Below are positions 8,143-17,002 of a stretch of 51,371 nt of DNA, piece after piece (positions within the stretch are counted from its first letter, which is position 1; every line of letters starts with the position of its first letter). The notes below the pieces were generated by a model, which had not been told where the DNA came from, searched no databases, and saw only the letters and a list, made by a program, of their open reading frames with translations. Position numbers and translations under genes: made by a program. The stretch comes from a virus (taxonomy: Duplodnaviria; Caudoviricetes), in the IMG/VR virus record IMGVR_UViG_3300028792_000007, positions 1-51,371 of that record; one strand, 5' to 3'.

Positions 8143-8757
8143 ATGCAGCGCTCCACCGCCCTCGCCCTCGCCGGCCGCACCGCCCGCCTGGTGGCCCGTC
8201 CCACCGGTGTCGCCCACGTCTACACCGGACCCCTGACCCCGTCCGGCCGCTCAATCCCCCGGAGCGGCCGGCCGGCATGTCGTGCATGGACCCGTCGGCT
8301 CTACGTCCTCTCCCCCGCTGGGGACGTGGCCGACGCCGACCCCCGTGGTCTGTGCACTCGCTGCGTGACCTGCCTGGCGGTTCTCCCCCGTCCCGCCGGG
8401 CAGGTCACCAGCCGCAGCGACTACCTCGCGACCTACGGCCACGTCACCGCCGGCGACCTCGCCGCGGACGCGGTCACCGCGACCACGGCCGAGGAGATCG
8501 ACACCGTCGGGCACCTGTCGCTGCTCGTGGTCGGCCACCAGGCCAGCAACGCGGCCGGCCTCACCCAGCTGCTGGCCCGGCACCGGTTCCGGGTCGCCGG
8601 CTCGACGAGTGAGGCCGCCGCCGGCCGGGCCCGCGCCGCGGAAGCAGCGGCCGCTGCTGTCGAGCAGCGCAAGGCCAACGCCCGTGAGGTGCGTGAGCGC
8701 CGCGAGGACCAGGTCGCGCGGATCGGCATCAACAACGCCACCCGCGGCGGCCCCTAG
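8143..8757 (+). CDS. Hypothetical protein (His/Cys zinc-binding motifs)
   Basis: AAGGAG RBS; VAH...PAC...LCTRC. Confidence 0.7.
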   Translation: MQRSTALALAGRTARLVARPTGVAHVYTGPLTPSGRSIPRSGRPACRAWTRRLYVLSPAGDVADADPRGLCTRCVTCLAVLPRPAGQVTSRSDYLATYGHVTAGDLAADAVTATTAEEIDTVGHLSLLVVGHQASNAAGLTQLLARHRFRVAGSTSEAAAGRARAAEAAAAAVEQRKANAREVRERREDQVARIGINNATRGGP

Positions 8758-8761
8758 AGCT

Positions 8762-8801
8762 CCGGCGGCACGTGCTCTGCCCCCGGAGGGCGTGCCGCCG
8801 G
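8762..8801 (+). terminator. Hairpin after early gene
   Basis: CCGGCGGCACG / CGTGCCGCCGG 11-bp stem directly after the stop at 8757. Confidence 0.55.
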
Positions 8802-8950
8802 TTGAAGTCCCCAGAGAGAAGAAAGCGGCCCCACCAGTCCCCAGCCGTTCCAGCGGCATCGAGGGGAGGCAGGGCCACCAACTCAGTGAAACGAGGTTAG
8901 CGCATGTCCAGCACTCCCACCCGCGGACCCGGAGCCGAGGTGACCCGACG

Positions 8951-9238
8951 ATGACGCAGCTCGAGGCCGCACTGGCCTTCGTCTACGACTACCGGTCCCT
9001 CATCGTCGCCGGCCTGGTCACCGTGTCCGTCGCGTTCGCCCTCGACGGGTTCGCGAAATGGCTCGACTCCGAGGCCCGCCGTCTGCGCTTCGACAACCGG
9101 ATCCTGCTGGACCGGAACCTGCGGCTGCACAGCGAGCTCCGGTACGCCAACGACGCGGCCGCGGCCGCTCGCCGTGCTCTGCAGGACGAGCGGAACCGTG
9201 CCGCCGGCGCGCGCCGTGTGAGCGAGGTCCGTCGATGA
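8951..9238 (+). CDS. Membrane protein with coiled coil
   Basis: GAGG RBS; hydrophobic LIVAGLVTVSVAFAL followed by a helical charged region. Confidence 0.65.
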   Translation: MTQLEAALAFVYDYRSLIVAGLVTVSVAFALDGFAKWLDSEARRLRFDNRILLDRNLRLHSELRYANDAAAAARRALQDERNRAAGARRVSEVRR

Positions 9239-9876
9239 CGCGCCTCGTGTTCATCGCCGTCCGCGCGACCGGGCTGAACCCGCTGCTCCACGAGCCCTGG
9301 GACGTCGCGCTCATCGAGCGCCGCCCCGGCGTCGGGGACCACACCACCCAGCTGTTCATCAAGCCCTCTCACCTGGAGACCGCCGACCCCGACGCCCTCG
9401 AGCTGTGGCAGTTCTACGAGCGCACCCACGACTTCGCCGACCAGCCCTCCGAGACCCCAGGCCAGGCCTGGATGGGTGCCCGCACCTCGGCCCGCCGGAT
9501 CGCCCGCATCACCGCCGGCGCTGTCCTGGTCGGGAAGGACCCGGCACGCGACGCTGCGATCCTCACCCGGTTCCTGTTCTGCCAGAAGCTCACCCCGGCC
9601 TGGCACCACCGCGTGGTCGACGTGCCGACCATGTCCTACGGCTACCAGCACGGTGTGGTCGCCCAGCACAACCACGAGCTCGAGCTCCAGGGCAAGGGTG
9701 AGGGGTCGGCGGACTCCATCACCGTGGCCGACGCCGCCGGCACCCCCCGGTTCACCGCGGACGCGCTCGCCACCGTCGACGGGAGCAGCCGGCCGTCACC
9801 GTTCCAGCCCGACGCGGCCGTCGAGGTCGCCTGGATCAAGCGCTGGTACGACTCGATGATCCGGGGGACTGCCTGA
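9235..9876 (+). CDS. DnaQ/DEDDh exonuclease-fold protein, catalytically degenerate
   Basis: VFIAVRATGLNP..HEPWDVALI, LVGKDPARD, WHHRVVDV follow the phage DnaQ-like scaffold, but ExoI DxE is replaced by AxR. Confidence 0.7.
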   Translation: MTRLVFIAVRATGLNPLLHEPWDVALIERRPGVGDHTTQLFIKPSHLETADPDALELWQFYERTHDFADQPSETPGQAWMGARTSARRIARITAGAVLVGKDPARDAAILTRFLFCQKLTPAWHHRVVDVPTMSYGYQHGVVAQHNHELELQGKGEGSADSITVADAAGTPRFTADALATVDGSSRPSPFQPDAAVEVAWIKRWYDSMIRGTA

Positions 9877-10229
9877 TGGCCGCCCTGAACATCGCCACCG
9901 AGGTCGTGCCCGGTGCATCCGTCGGTGAGGTCGTCATCCGCGTCGACGCCGCCGGCGCCCGCCGCCTCGCGAACGCGTGGGCGTCGTACAACGCCCGTGC
10001 CGACGCCGGCCACCGTGTCCCGGAGGAGTTCGCCCGCTGGCACGACGACGTCGTCCACCTGATCTACGCCGCGTTCGCCGCCGAGCCGGGCAACACCCCG
10101 ATCGCGGTCACCCTCGTCGACGGCCAGGTCCCCAACCGTCGCCGGGCCCGCCGACGAGCTCGACTGGGTCGACCCGGCCGCCTCCGCATCGCCCGCGCGC
10201 TCCACGTCGTCAGGGGTGAGCACCGGTGA
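9876..10229 (+). CDS. Hypothetical protein
   Basis: TGATG coupling within the operon. Confidence 0.65.
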   Translation: MAALNIATEVVPGASVGEVVIRVDAAGARRLANAWASYNARADAGHRVPEEFARWHDDVVHLIYAAFAAEPGNTPIAVTLVDGQVPNRRRARRRARLGRPGRLRIARALHVVRGEHR

Positions 10230-10579
10230 GCACCACCACCATCGAGGTCCCGACCAGCGTCCTCGACGCGATCGCCGCGGCCCGCGTGGCCCGCGACGAG
10301 GGCATGGCCCGCGCACAGGACGCCGACGTGCTCGGCTGGGACACCAAGCTCATCGACCAGGCCATCGCCGCCATGACCGCCACCGGTCGCCCGTTCTCCG
10401 CCAACGACTTCCGGATCCTGCTCCCCGACGTGCACCAGCCCCTCATCGGCAAGCGCGTCAAGGCCGCCTCGATGCGCGGGGAGACCCGCCGCGTCGGCTA
10501 CGTGCCCTCCAACCTCGAGTCCACCCACCGCCACCCCATCGCCGTGTGGGTGCGCGCCAACCACGTCCAGGGGGCCTGA
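10226..10579 (+). CDS. Hypothetical protein (possible winged helix)
   Basis: GTGA coupling; RDEGMARA...GRPFSANDFR...THRHPIAVW. Confidence 0.7.
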   Translation: MSTTTIEVPTSVLDAIAAARVARDEGMARAQDADVLGWDTKLIDQAIAAMTATGRPFSANDFRILLPDVHQPLIGKRVKAASMRGETRRVGYVPSNLESTHRHPIAVWVRANHVQGA

Positions 10580-10580
10580 C

Positions 10581-11945
10581 ATGAGCACCACGTTCGCGTA
10601 CATCCCGCCCGAGAAGATCCACGTCCACCCCTCCAACGTCCGGTTCGCAGCGGTCGCTGACGACGCGATGGTCGCCTCGATCCGGTCCCTGGGGATCCTC
10701 GACCCGGTCATGGTCGCCCCGCACCCGGAGGTGGCCGGCGAGTACCGCTTGATCGACGGTCACCGGCGTCGCGACGGCGCCGAGAAGGCCGGCCTGTCCA
10801 CGCTCCCGGCCTACATCCGGGAGGACCTGGTCACCGAGATCCAGCAGATCGAGGTGATGGTCGCGACCGCGGTGCACCGTGAGGACCTCACCGCGGTCGA
10901 GGAGTCAGCCGCCTACGAGCAGCTCGAGCTGTTCGGGATGACCCCGGCGCAGATGTCGGCCTCCACCGGGCGGCCGGAGTCCACCATCAAGGACCGTCTG
11001 AAGCTGCGCCGGCTCACCGACACCGCCCGGTCCCGCCTCCACGAGGGGCAGATGACCCTCGGTGACGCGGAGGCGCTGCTCGAGTTCGCGGACGACCCGG
11101 CGTCCGTGGCGAGACTCGAGCAGCACATCGGGTCTGAGAACTTCCGCTACCAGGTGCAGCGTGAGAAGGACGCCCGGGACCGGAAGGCCGCCGACCAGGC
11201 ACTCCGCAAGCGCGCCGCCACCGAGGGCATCCCCCTCACCAACCCCATGTCGAGCATGGCCTACTGGAACCAGAACGAGGGGCCGTACCGACTCGACTGG
11301 ATGGACCGGTGGCCGTTCGAGGACGCCGCCACCGAGGACGCCCACGACGGCTGCCTCGCCGTCACCGAGCACGACGGCCGACTGTTCGTCACCTGCACCG
11401 AGCCGAAGAAGCACCGCACCGACGACACGTCGCCCGGGGTGAGCGACGAGCAGCGCGCCGAGCGTGATGCGCAGTGGGCTCGGGACCGTGAGGCCCGTGA
11501 GGCCGCGCAGGCCCGGAGGGTCGCCGCGGCGAAGGTCCGCGTCGAGCACCTGGCCGGCCACTTCGCCGGGCTGTTCACCACGAAGACCGTCGACAAGAAG
11601 CAGCTGGCCGCGCTGCGGGTCACCGTCACGGCCACCCTCATGGTCTCTGAGGGCTTCGACACCGGGGCCTACGCGCACGGCCTGGGCCTCGACGCGGCCG
11701 AGACCGCCGAGTGGGGCTGGTCCGTCCCGGAGGAGCACATCGCGACGCTCGTCGACCTGACCCCGGCGAAGTTCCTCAAGGTGTACGCCGCGCTCCTCGC
11801 CGCCCAGGTCGAGTGGCGTCTCGACCAGGGCGACCACGCACTCGAGGCCTGGTCCTACCTGACCAGCACCGGCTACGACCTGTCCGACGTCGACGAGGAG
11901 CTCCTCGCTGAGGCCCGTACTCAGGCCCGCGAGGCCGCGGCGTGA
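10581..11945 (+). CDS. ParB/RepB/Spo0J-family protein
   Basis: HPSNVR, SIRSLGILDPVMV, LIDGHRR, REDLTAVEE followed by an HTH region. Confidence 0.9.
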   Translation: MSTTFAYIPPEKIHVHPSNVRFAAVADDAMVASIRSLGILDPVMVAPHPEVAGEYRLIDGHRRRDGAEKAGLSTLPAYIREDLVTEIQQIEVMVATAVHREDLTAVEESAAYEQLELFGMTPAQMSASTGRPESTIKDRLKLRRLTDTARSRLHEGQMTLGDAEALLEFADDPASVARLEQHIGSENFRYQVQREKDARDRKAADQALRKRAATEGIPLTNPMSSMAYWNQNEGPYRLDWMDRWPFEDAATEDAHDGCLAVTEHDGRLFVTCTEPKKHRTDDTSPGVSDEQRAERDAQWARDREAREAAQARRVAAAKVRVEHLAGHFAGLFTTKTVDKKQLAALRVTVTATLMVSEGFDTGAYAHGLGLDAAETAEWGWSVPEEHIATLVDLTPAKFLKVYAALLAAQVEWRLDQGDHALEAWSYLTSTGYDLSDVDEELLAEARTQAREAAA

Positions 11946-12283
11946 GCGCGACCAAGGAGCTCCTGCGGCGGCTGCGGTTCCGTGAGGACCTGGGGACGTC
12001 GTACATCGTGCCGTCGGGTCGGAACCGGTGGGCGCTGGTGGTGCCGACGATGTCGGCGAGCCGGTTCCTGGTGCGGTCCGCGGTGTTCGCGGGCCTCACG
12101 GTCCGTGAGGCCGAGGAGTCCGGGCAGGTCGCCGTCGACAACACGTGGCTGGACCTCGAGTTCGAGGGCCGCTGCAAGGGCGACGGGCTGCGCGGCCACT
12201 CCATCGCCATCACCGAGGTCGGCCGGGTACTGCTGGCCAGCTGCTCCCGGCCGGTGCCCGCGGGCGGGGTGAGCCTCCGATGA
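11942..12283 (+). CDS. Hypothetical protein
   Basis: GTGA coupling; C-terminal ITEVGR. Confidence 0.6.
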   Translation: MSATKELLRRLRFREDLGTSYIVPSGRNRWALVVPTMSASRFLVRSAVFAGLTVREAEESGQVAVDNTWLDLEFEGRCKGDGLRGHSIAITEVGRVLLASCSRPVPAGGVSLR

Positions 12284-12537
12284 CCGGCCAGCCCCTCGCG
12301 CTGCTGATCCTCGGGGTCCTCGTCGCCGCCGGCACGGTCATCGCGCTGACCCGACCCGGTCGGACTGCCGTGGCCGGTGGGGCGCTTCGCCGGTGCCCAG
12401 TGTGCGGTGCGGCCGGGTTCCAGCGCCGCGACAACCGGATCACCTGGGTGAGCGCCGGCTGCGCGTTCACCCAGCGCGGCCGGGCCGACGTAGCCGCCTG
12501 GACCTGGCAGCGCCACCCGAAGCGGGGTGTGGCGTGA
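12280..12537 (+). CDS. Small membrane-anchored zinc-ribbon protein
   Basis: N-terminal hydrophobic helix and CPVCG; ATGA coupling. Confidence 0.6.
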   Translation: MTGQPLALLILGVLVAAGTVIALTRPGRTAVAGGALRRCPVCGAAGFQRRDNRITWVSAGCAFTQRGRADVAAWTWQRHPKRGVA

Positions 12538-12851
12538 GCACCGCCCGCCCGAAGAAGTGCCGTCAGCCCGACTGCGACGACCAGATCCTCATCGCGTTCG
12601 CCGTGCACCTGACTGCCTGGATCCCCCTCGAGGCCCGCGACGTCCCCGCCTACTCCCTCCCCGGGGCCCTGGTCCTCGTCAACGAGAAGGCCTGGCGTCC
12701 CGGCGACCTGATCGACGAGTGGCAGGCCACCCGACAGCTGTCCGAGCCGGCCGCCCGCGCCCTCGTCGGCGACTACCCGTTCCACCAGCCCCACCGGCAC
12801 GACCAGACCGAGCACAACCCCGACCCGACCGAAAGGACCACCACCCGATGA
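12534..12851 (+). CDS. Hypothetical protein
   Basis: GTGA coupling; CRQPDC...WIPLE...HQPH. Confidence 0.65.
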   Translation: MSTARPKKCRQPDCDDQILIAFAVHLTAWIPLEARDVPAYSLPGALVLVNEKAWRPGDLIDEWQATRQLSEPAARALVGDYPFHQPHRHDQTEHNPDPTERTTTR

Positions 12852-13216
12852 GCGTGTTCAAGCGCCCGTTCCTCGACCTCCTCGCCGACCTGCGGCGCGG
12901 GAAGGTCAACGCCGACCTCACCGACGCCGTCCACGAGCTGATGCAGGCGTGCGTCGACACCGGGAAGAAGGGGTCGCTGACCCTGTCTCTCACCTTCGAG
13001 CCGGACAAGAACGACGAGTCCCGGTTCGCGGTGCTCGACCAGATCACCGTGAAGACCCCGCGTCGCACGGTCAAGCCGTCCCTGTTCTACCTCACCCGCG
13101 ACGGCAACCTCTCCCGCACCGACCCGGACCAGGACGCCTTCGAGGGCCTCCGCGAGGTCCCCGACACCAACACCAACACCGGCGCCGACGCGAATGCGTC
13201 CAGGAAGGCCAACTGA
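12848..13216 (+). CDS. YfdP-like protein (usual partner of DUF2303)
   Basis: RPFLDLLADLRRG...TGKKGSLTLSL...FYLTRDGNLSRTDPDQ; AAGGA RBS. Confidence 0.75.
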   Translation: MSVFKRPFLDLLADLRRGKVNADLTDAVHELMQACVDTGKKGSLTLSLTFEPDKNDESRFAVLDQITVKTPRRTVKPSLFYLTRDGNLSRTDPDQDAFEGLREVPDTNTNTGADANASRKAN

Positions 13217-14109
13217 TGACCGAGCTCACCCACATCACCAACGACAACGACGTCGACGTCCGCACCGAGGCCCAGGCCGGGTTCAACGCCGGCGTCGCGA
13301 TCGCCGGCGCCCGGCCGCTCGGCGACAGCACCCGGTTCTTCACCCAGATCGTCCCGGCCGGCGGCCAGCTGGTCAGCATCGACGAGGAGGACCTCCTCGA
13401 CCACCACCGGCCCCGGCCGCGCCGCAAGACCGGCACGGTCCGTGTCCACACCGCCGACTCGTTCGCCGGCTACCTCGACAAGCACGCCATCCCCGAGACC
13501 GAGGTGTGGGCCGACTACCCCGAGCAGCGCCTCGTCGGCGTCATCAACGCCCACCAGGACGCGGTCTCCTCCGAGGACGCCACCGCCGCGGACCACGGCG
13601 CCGGGTACGGCGACCACCGCATCGAGCTCGAGCTCGTCAAGACCGACGCCTGGACGGCGTGGGAGCGCAACGACCGGAAGTGGCTCGACCAGAAGGCGTT
13701 CGCCGAGCACATCGAGGACCAGGCCATCGACGTCGTCGCCCCCGACTCCGCGACCATGCTCGAGATCGCCCAGTCGTTCCACGCCACCACCGGCGTGAAC
13801 TTCACCGGCGCCCAGCGGCTCCACTCCAGCGAGGTGACCCTCAAGTACGAGGAGAACACCGCCGCGAAGGCCGGCGAGAAGGGCGACATCGAGATCCCCA
13901 CCCAGTTCCAGCTCACGCTCCGCCCGTTCGAGGGCGGCGAGGACTACACGGTCTACGCCCGGTTCCGGTACCGCCTCTCCGGTGGGCAGCTCGCCCTGTC
14001 CTACCACCTCGTCCGTCCCGGCGACGTGCTCCGGGAGGCGTTCAACGACTACGTCAACGCCGTCGACGTCGCCGTCGAAGCGCCCGTCTTCCGCGGCCGC
14101 CCCGCGTAG
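13216..14109 (+). CDS. DUF2303 (YfdQ-like) protein
   Basis: DSFAGY, GYGDHR, QKAFAEHIED, EIPTQFQLTLRPFEG, ARFRYR. Confidence 0.85.
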   Translation: MTELTHITNDNDVDVRTEAQAGFNAGVAIAGARPLGDSTRFFTQIVPAGGQLVSIDEEDLLDHHRPRPRRKTGTVRVHTADSFAGYLDKHAIPETEVWADYPEQRLVGVINAHQDAVSSEDATAADHGAGYGDHRIELELVKTDAWTAWERNDRKWLDQKAFAEHIEDQAIDVVAPDSATMLEIAQSFHATTGVNFTGAQRLHSSEVTLKYEENTAAKAGEKGDIEIPTQFQLTLRPFEGGEDYTVYARFRYRLSGGQLALSYHLVRPGDVLREAFNDYVNAVDVAVEAPVFRGRPA

Positions 14110-14128
14110 CCCGCTACTCACCCCAGCC

Positions 14129-14209
14129 CCGCGGGCTGCCGGCCAGCAGATGGCGCTGCAGGACGGTGGCCACCGGACCCGGTTCGACTCCGGCACCGGC
14201 AGCCCGCGG
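14129..14209 (+). ncRNA. tRNA-like cloverleaf RNA lacking a normal anticodon loop
   Basis: Perfect 14-bp closing stem, D-like arm GCAG-ATGGCG-CTGC, short middle arm, and T-arm CCGG-TTCGACT-CCGG; intergenic. Confidence 0.55.
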
Positions 14210-14244
14210 ACCCCCACCACCCAAGAGAGGAGGAACCGGTCACC

Positions 14245-14634
14245 GTGCTCTACCACTACACGTGCAGCCACTCGATCGAAGGAATCAACGAGCAGCGCGT
14301 CCTACTGCCAGGCGACCAGCTGCCCATGGCTCAGCTCAACATGCCCTGGACCACGCAGTTCGTGTGGCTCACCGACATGGCCGTCCCGGACCGTGCCTCC
14401 CTGGGGTTGACCAGCAACTTCATCCGCTGCGACCGGCTCCGCTACTGCTATCTGGTCACCGAAACCGCAGAGGTCCACCCGTGGTCGGTCGTCGCCCGCG
14501 ACTTCCCCGAGCTCCGCGGCCAGATCGAGCAGGCCCAGGGCGCCCGACCGGCGCACTGGTTCGTCAGCCGCACCCCCGTGCCGGTCCACATGCCAGCCGT
14601 TCACCGCATCCCCGAGTCGGTGATGGACCGGTGA
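14245..14634 (+). CDS. Putative ADP-ribosyltransferase-fold protein
   Basis: AGGAGG RBS; N-terminal LYHYT...I....VLLP and VWLTD resemble strands 1 and 2 of H-type ART domains. Confidence 0.45.
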   Translation: MLYHYTCSHSIEGINEQRVLLPGDQLPMAQLNMPWTTQFVWLTDMAVPDRASLGLTSNFIRCDRLRYCYLVTETAEVHPWSVVARDFPELRGQIEQAQGARPAHWFVSRTPVPVHMPAVHRIPESVMDR

Positions 14635-14774
14635 CCTGCCCGGCCTGCACCCAGCCGATGACCCTCATCAACCCGCGCGCCCACATCTGCCACCCGTGCC
14701 AGATCGTGCACGCCGACCACCCGACCGGCCAGCAGCAGCTCGCCGCCGTACTCCAGGGGGAGTCCGACCGATGA
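14631..14774 (+). CDS. Small zinc-ribbon protein
   Basis: CPAC...CHPC; GTGA coupling. Confidence 0.6.
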   Translation: MTCPACTQPMTLINPRAHICHPCQIVHADHPTGQQQLAAVLQGESDR

Positions 14775-15043
14775 CGAACATGACCTTCCGGGCCATCTGG
14801 CCCATCCTCGACCCGACCCGGCCGCTGCGCGCGCTCATCGCGGAGGCCACCGCCGACCTGCCCGACGTCGCGGTCCGCACCCAGGCCGCGCTCACCGGCC
14901 CCGGCCACTGGTCCATGGCGCCCTCCGTGAACGTGCCCGGCTCCGGGAACATCGCCGAGGACGTCCTGATCTACGAAGCCCCCGCCGTCCCGAAGCCCGG
15001 GTCGTTCACCCGGCTCCTCCTCACCGCTGCGGTGCCGGCATGA
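14771..15043 (+). CDS. Hypothetical protein
   Basis: GGGGAG RBS; FRAIWPILD; ATGA coupling. Confidence 0.7.
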   Translation: MTNMTFRAIWPILDPTRPLRALIAEATADLPDVAVRTQAALTGPGHWSMAPSVNVPGSGNIAEDVLIYEAPAVPKPGSFTRLLLTAAVPA

Positions 15044-16080
15044 CCCCGACCGCGCTCGACATCACCCCGCTCGCGACCCAGGCCGCGATGCTGCAGCAGA
15101 TCGTCGCGTCCGCCTACCCGAAGCTCGAGCTGCCCGAGATCGCCCACCGGCACGGCCTCACCCTGCCGCAGGTCCAGACGATCGTCGGCCGCCACGGCTA
15201 CCCCGACAAGGACCAGATGCGCGCCGCAGCCGCCGCGCTCCTCGAGAAGGCCGCCCACATCAACGACGACACCGACGACACGGGTGCCGAGGATGTGATG
15301 GGTCGTCTGCTGCAGGTGAAGGTCGCCGACCTGCGCCCGGACCCGATGAACGTCCGCGACGACGTCGGCGATGTCACCGAGCTGGCCGACTCCATGACCC
15401 AGGCCGGGCTGCTCCAGCCGGTCGTGGCCCGCCGCGAAGGCAACCAGCTGCTCGTGGTCGCCGGCCACCGGCGCCTCGCCGCGGCACGGCTGCTCCGCTG
15501 GGCGACGATCGCCTGCATCGTCCGCGACACGATGCGCCCCGACGACGTCCTCGCCGCCATGCTCATCGAGAACGGGCAGCGCAGCGACCTCAACCCGATG
15601 GAGGAGGCCCGTGGCCTGCAGCGGCTGAAGACCCAGCTCGACTGCTCCGACGCCGAGCTCGCCCGCCGTGTCGGCCGCTCCCAGCCGCACGTGTCACTGC
15701 GCCTCGCGCTGCTCGCCCTGACCGTCGAGGAACAACAGCAGGTCCGCGACGGAGACATGAAGCTCGCCGAGGCGTCGCAGCGTGGCCGTCTCAACGCCGG
15801 CAAGGTCCGCCAGAAGGGCATCCCACGCGGCTGGCACCTCGGCCCCGCCCACGACCTCGCCAACCGAGCGAAGGCCCGCTGCCTGCAGCTCGACCACCCC
15901 CGCGGCCGCACCGTCGGCGGCATGGCCTGCGGCGAGTGCTGGGAGTCCGTGATCCGCGCCGACGAACGTCAGCACCTCCACCAGGTGTCCGCCAAGACCG
16001 GTGACTGCGCGCTCTGCTCCCAGCCCGTCAAGCCCGCACCGGTGCTCCCGGAGGACACGACGACCCGGGGGGAGGCGTGA
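15040..16080 (+). CDS. Second ParB-family protein with N-terminal HTH-like and C-terminal Cys-rich regions
   Basis: PDPMNVRDD, LADSM...GLLQPVV, VVAGHRR, LIENGQRSDLNPMEEA, HTH; C-terminal CGEC and CALC. Confidence 0.9.
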   Translation: MTPTALDITPLATQAAMLQQIVASAYPKLELPEIAHRHGLTLPQVQTIVGRHGYPDKDQMRAAAAALLEKAAHINDDTDDTGAEDVMGRLLQVKVADLRPDPMNVRDDVGDVTELADSMTQAGLLQPVVARREGNQLLVVAGHRRLAAARLLRWATIACIVRDTMRPDDVLAAMLIENGQRSDLNPMEEARGLQRLKTQLDCSDAELARRVGRSQPHVSLRLALLALTVEEQQQVRDGDMKLAEASQRGRLNAGKVRQKGIPRGWHLGPAHDLANRAKARCLQLDHPRGRTVGGMACGECWESVIRADERQHLHQVSAKTGDCALCSQPVKPAPVLPEDTTTRGEA

Positions 16081-16817
16081 CCTACACTGTCCGCCCGATC
16101 ACCGACCGCACCCCGAAGCCGTGCCTCCACAAGGTCGCGGACCACCAGCACGGCACCAACATCTGCTACGTCGCCGACGGCTGCCGGTGCACGCCGTGTG
16201 CGGAGGCCAACCACCGCTACGACGCCGCCCGGTCCCGGCAGCAGGCCTACGGCCGCTGGAACGGCCTCGTCGACGCCGACCCGGCACGCACCCACGTCCG
16301 CTACCTGATGGAGCACGGCATGGGTGCCGAGAGGATCTCGGCCGCGGCCGGGGTGTCGTCGCGGACCGTCGCGACGCTGCTCTACGGGGGAGCCCGCCGC
16401 GACGGCAGCCGTCGCGCCCCGTCGCGGCGACTCAAGCCCCACGTCGCGGCCGCGGTCCTCGCCGTCCCGTTGGACATCGCCCCCGGGACCCGCGTCGAGG
16501 GTCACAACACCCGCCGCCGGCTCCGCGCCCTCGTCGCGGCCGGCTGGTCCCAGGGCAAGCTCGCCCGCCACCTGGGCATGACCACCGCGAACATGTGCAC
16601 GCTCATCCACTCCGAGGGGACCTGCCTCGCCGGCACTGCGGTCACCGTGCACGCCCTCTACAAGACCCTCGTCAACGTGCCCCCACCCGAGGGCACCCAC
16701 CACGACAAGATCGCCGCGTCCCGCGCCCGCTCCACCGCCGCCCGACACGGTTGGGCACCACCGCTCCGCATCGCCGGCCGGCCGTGGATCGGCCAGCCCT
16801 ACGAGGTCGCCTCATGA
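16077..16817 (+). CDS. HTH DNA-binding protein with N-terminal zinc finger
   Basis: HGT..CY...GCRCTPC; two HTH-like segments (RRLRALVAAGWSQGKLARHLG); GWAPP. Confidence 0.8.
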   Translation: MTYTVRPITDRTPKPCLHKVADHQHGTNICYVADGCRCTPCAEANHRYDAARSRQQAYGRWNGLVDADPARTHVRYLMEHGMGAERISAAAGVSSRTVATLLYGGARRDGSRRAPSRRLKPHVAAAVLAVPLDIAPGTRVEGHNTRRRLRALVAAGWSQGKLARHLGMTTANMCTLIHSEGTCLAGTAVTVHALYKTLVNVPPPEGTHHDKIAASRARSTAARHGWAPPLRIAGRPWIGQPYEVAS

Positions 16818-17002
16818 GCCGCCCCCACGCACTGGCGTGGTCGGACGCCGCCCAGCGTGCGATCACCACCGAGCTGGGCCGCCTGGTCCTCGGCGGTCGC
16901 CCGGCCCGACCGGAGCTGTACGTCGCGGCCGCCACGTACACCCGCACCCCGAAGCGCAAGCCCCGCACCCGCGCCTACCTGCGAGAGGAGCCCACCCCCT
17001 GA
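16814..17002 (+). CDS. Small basic hypothetical protein
   Basis: Fills the operon with ATGA and TGATG couplings. Confidence 0.55.
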   Translation: MSRPHALAWSDAAQRAITTELGRLVLGGRPARPELYVAAATYTRTPKRKPRTRAYLREEPTP

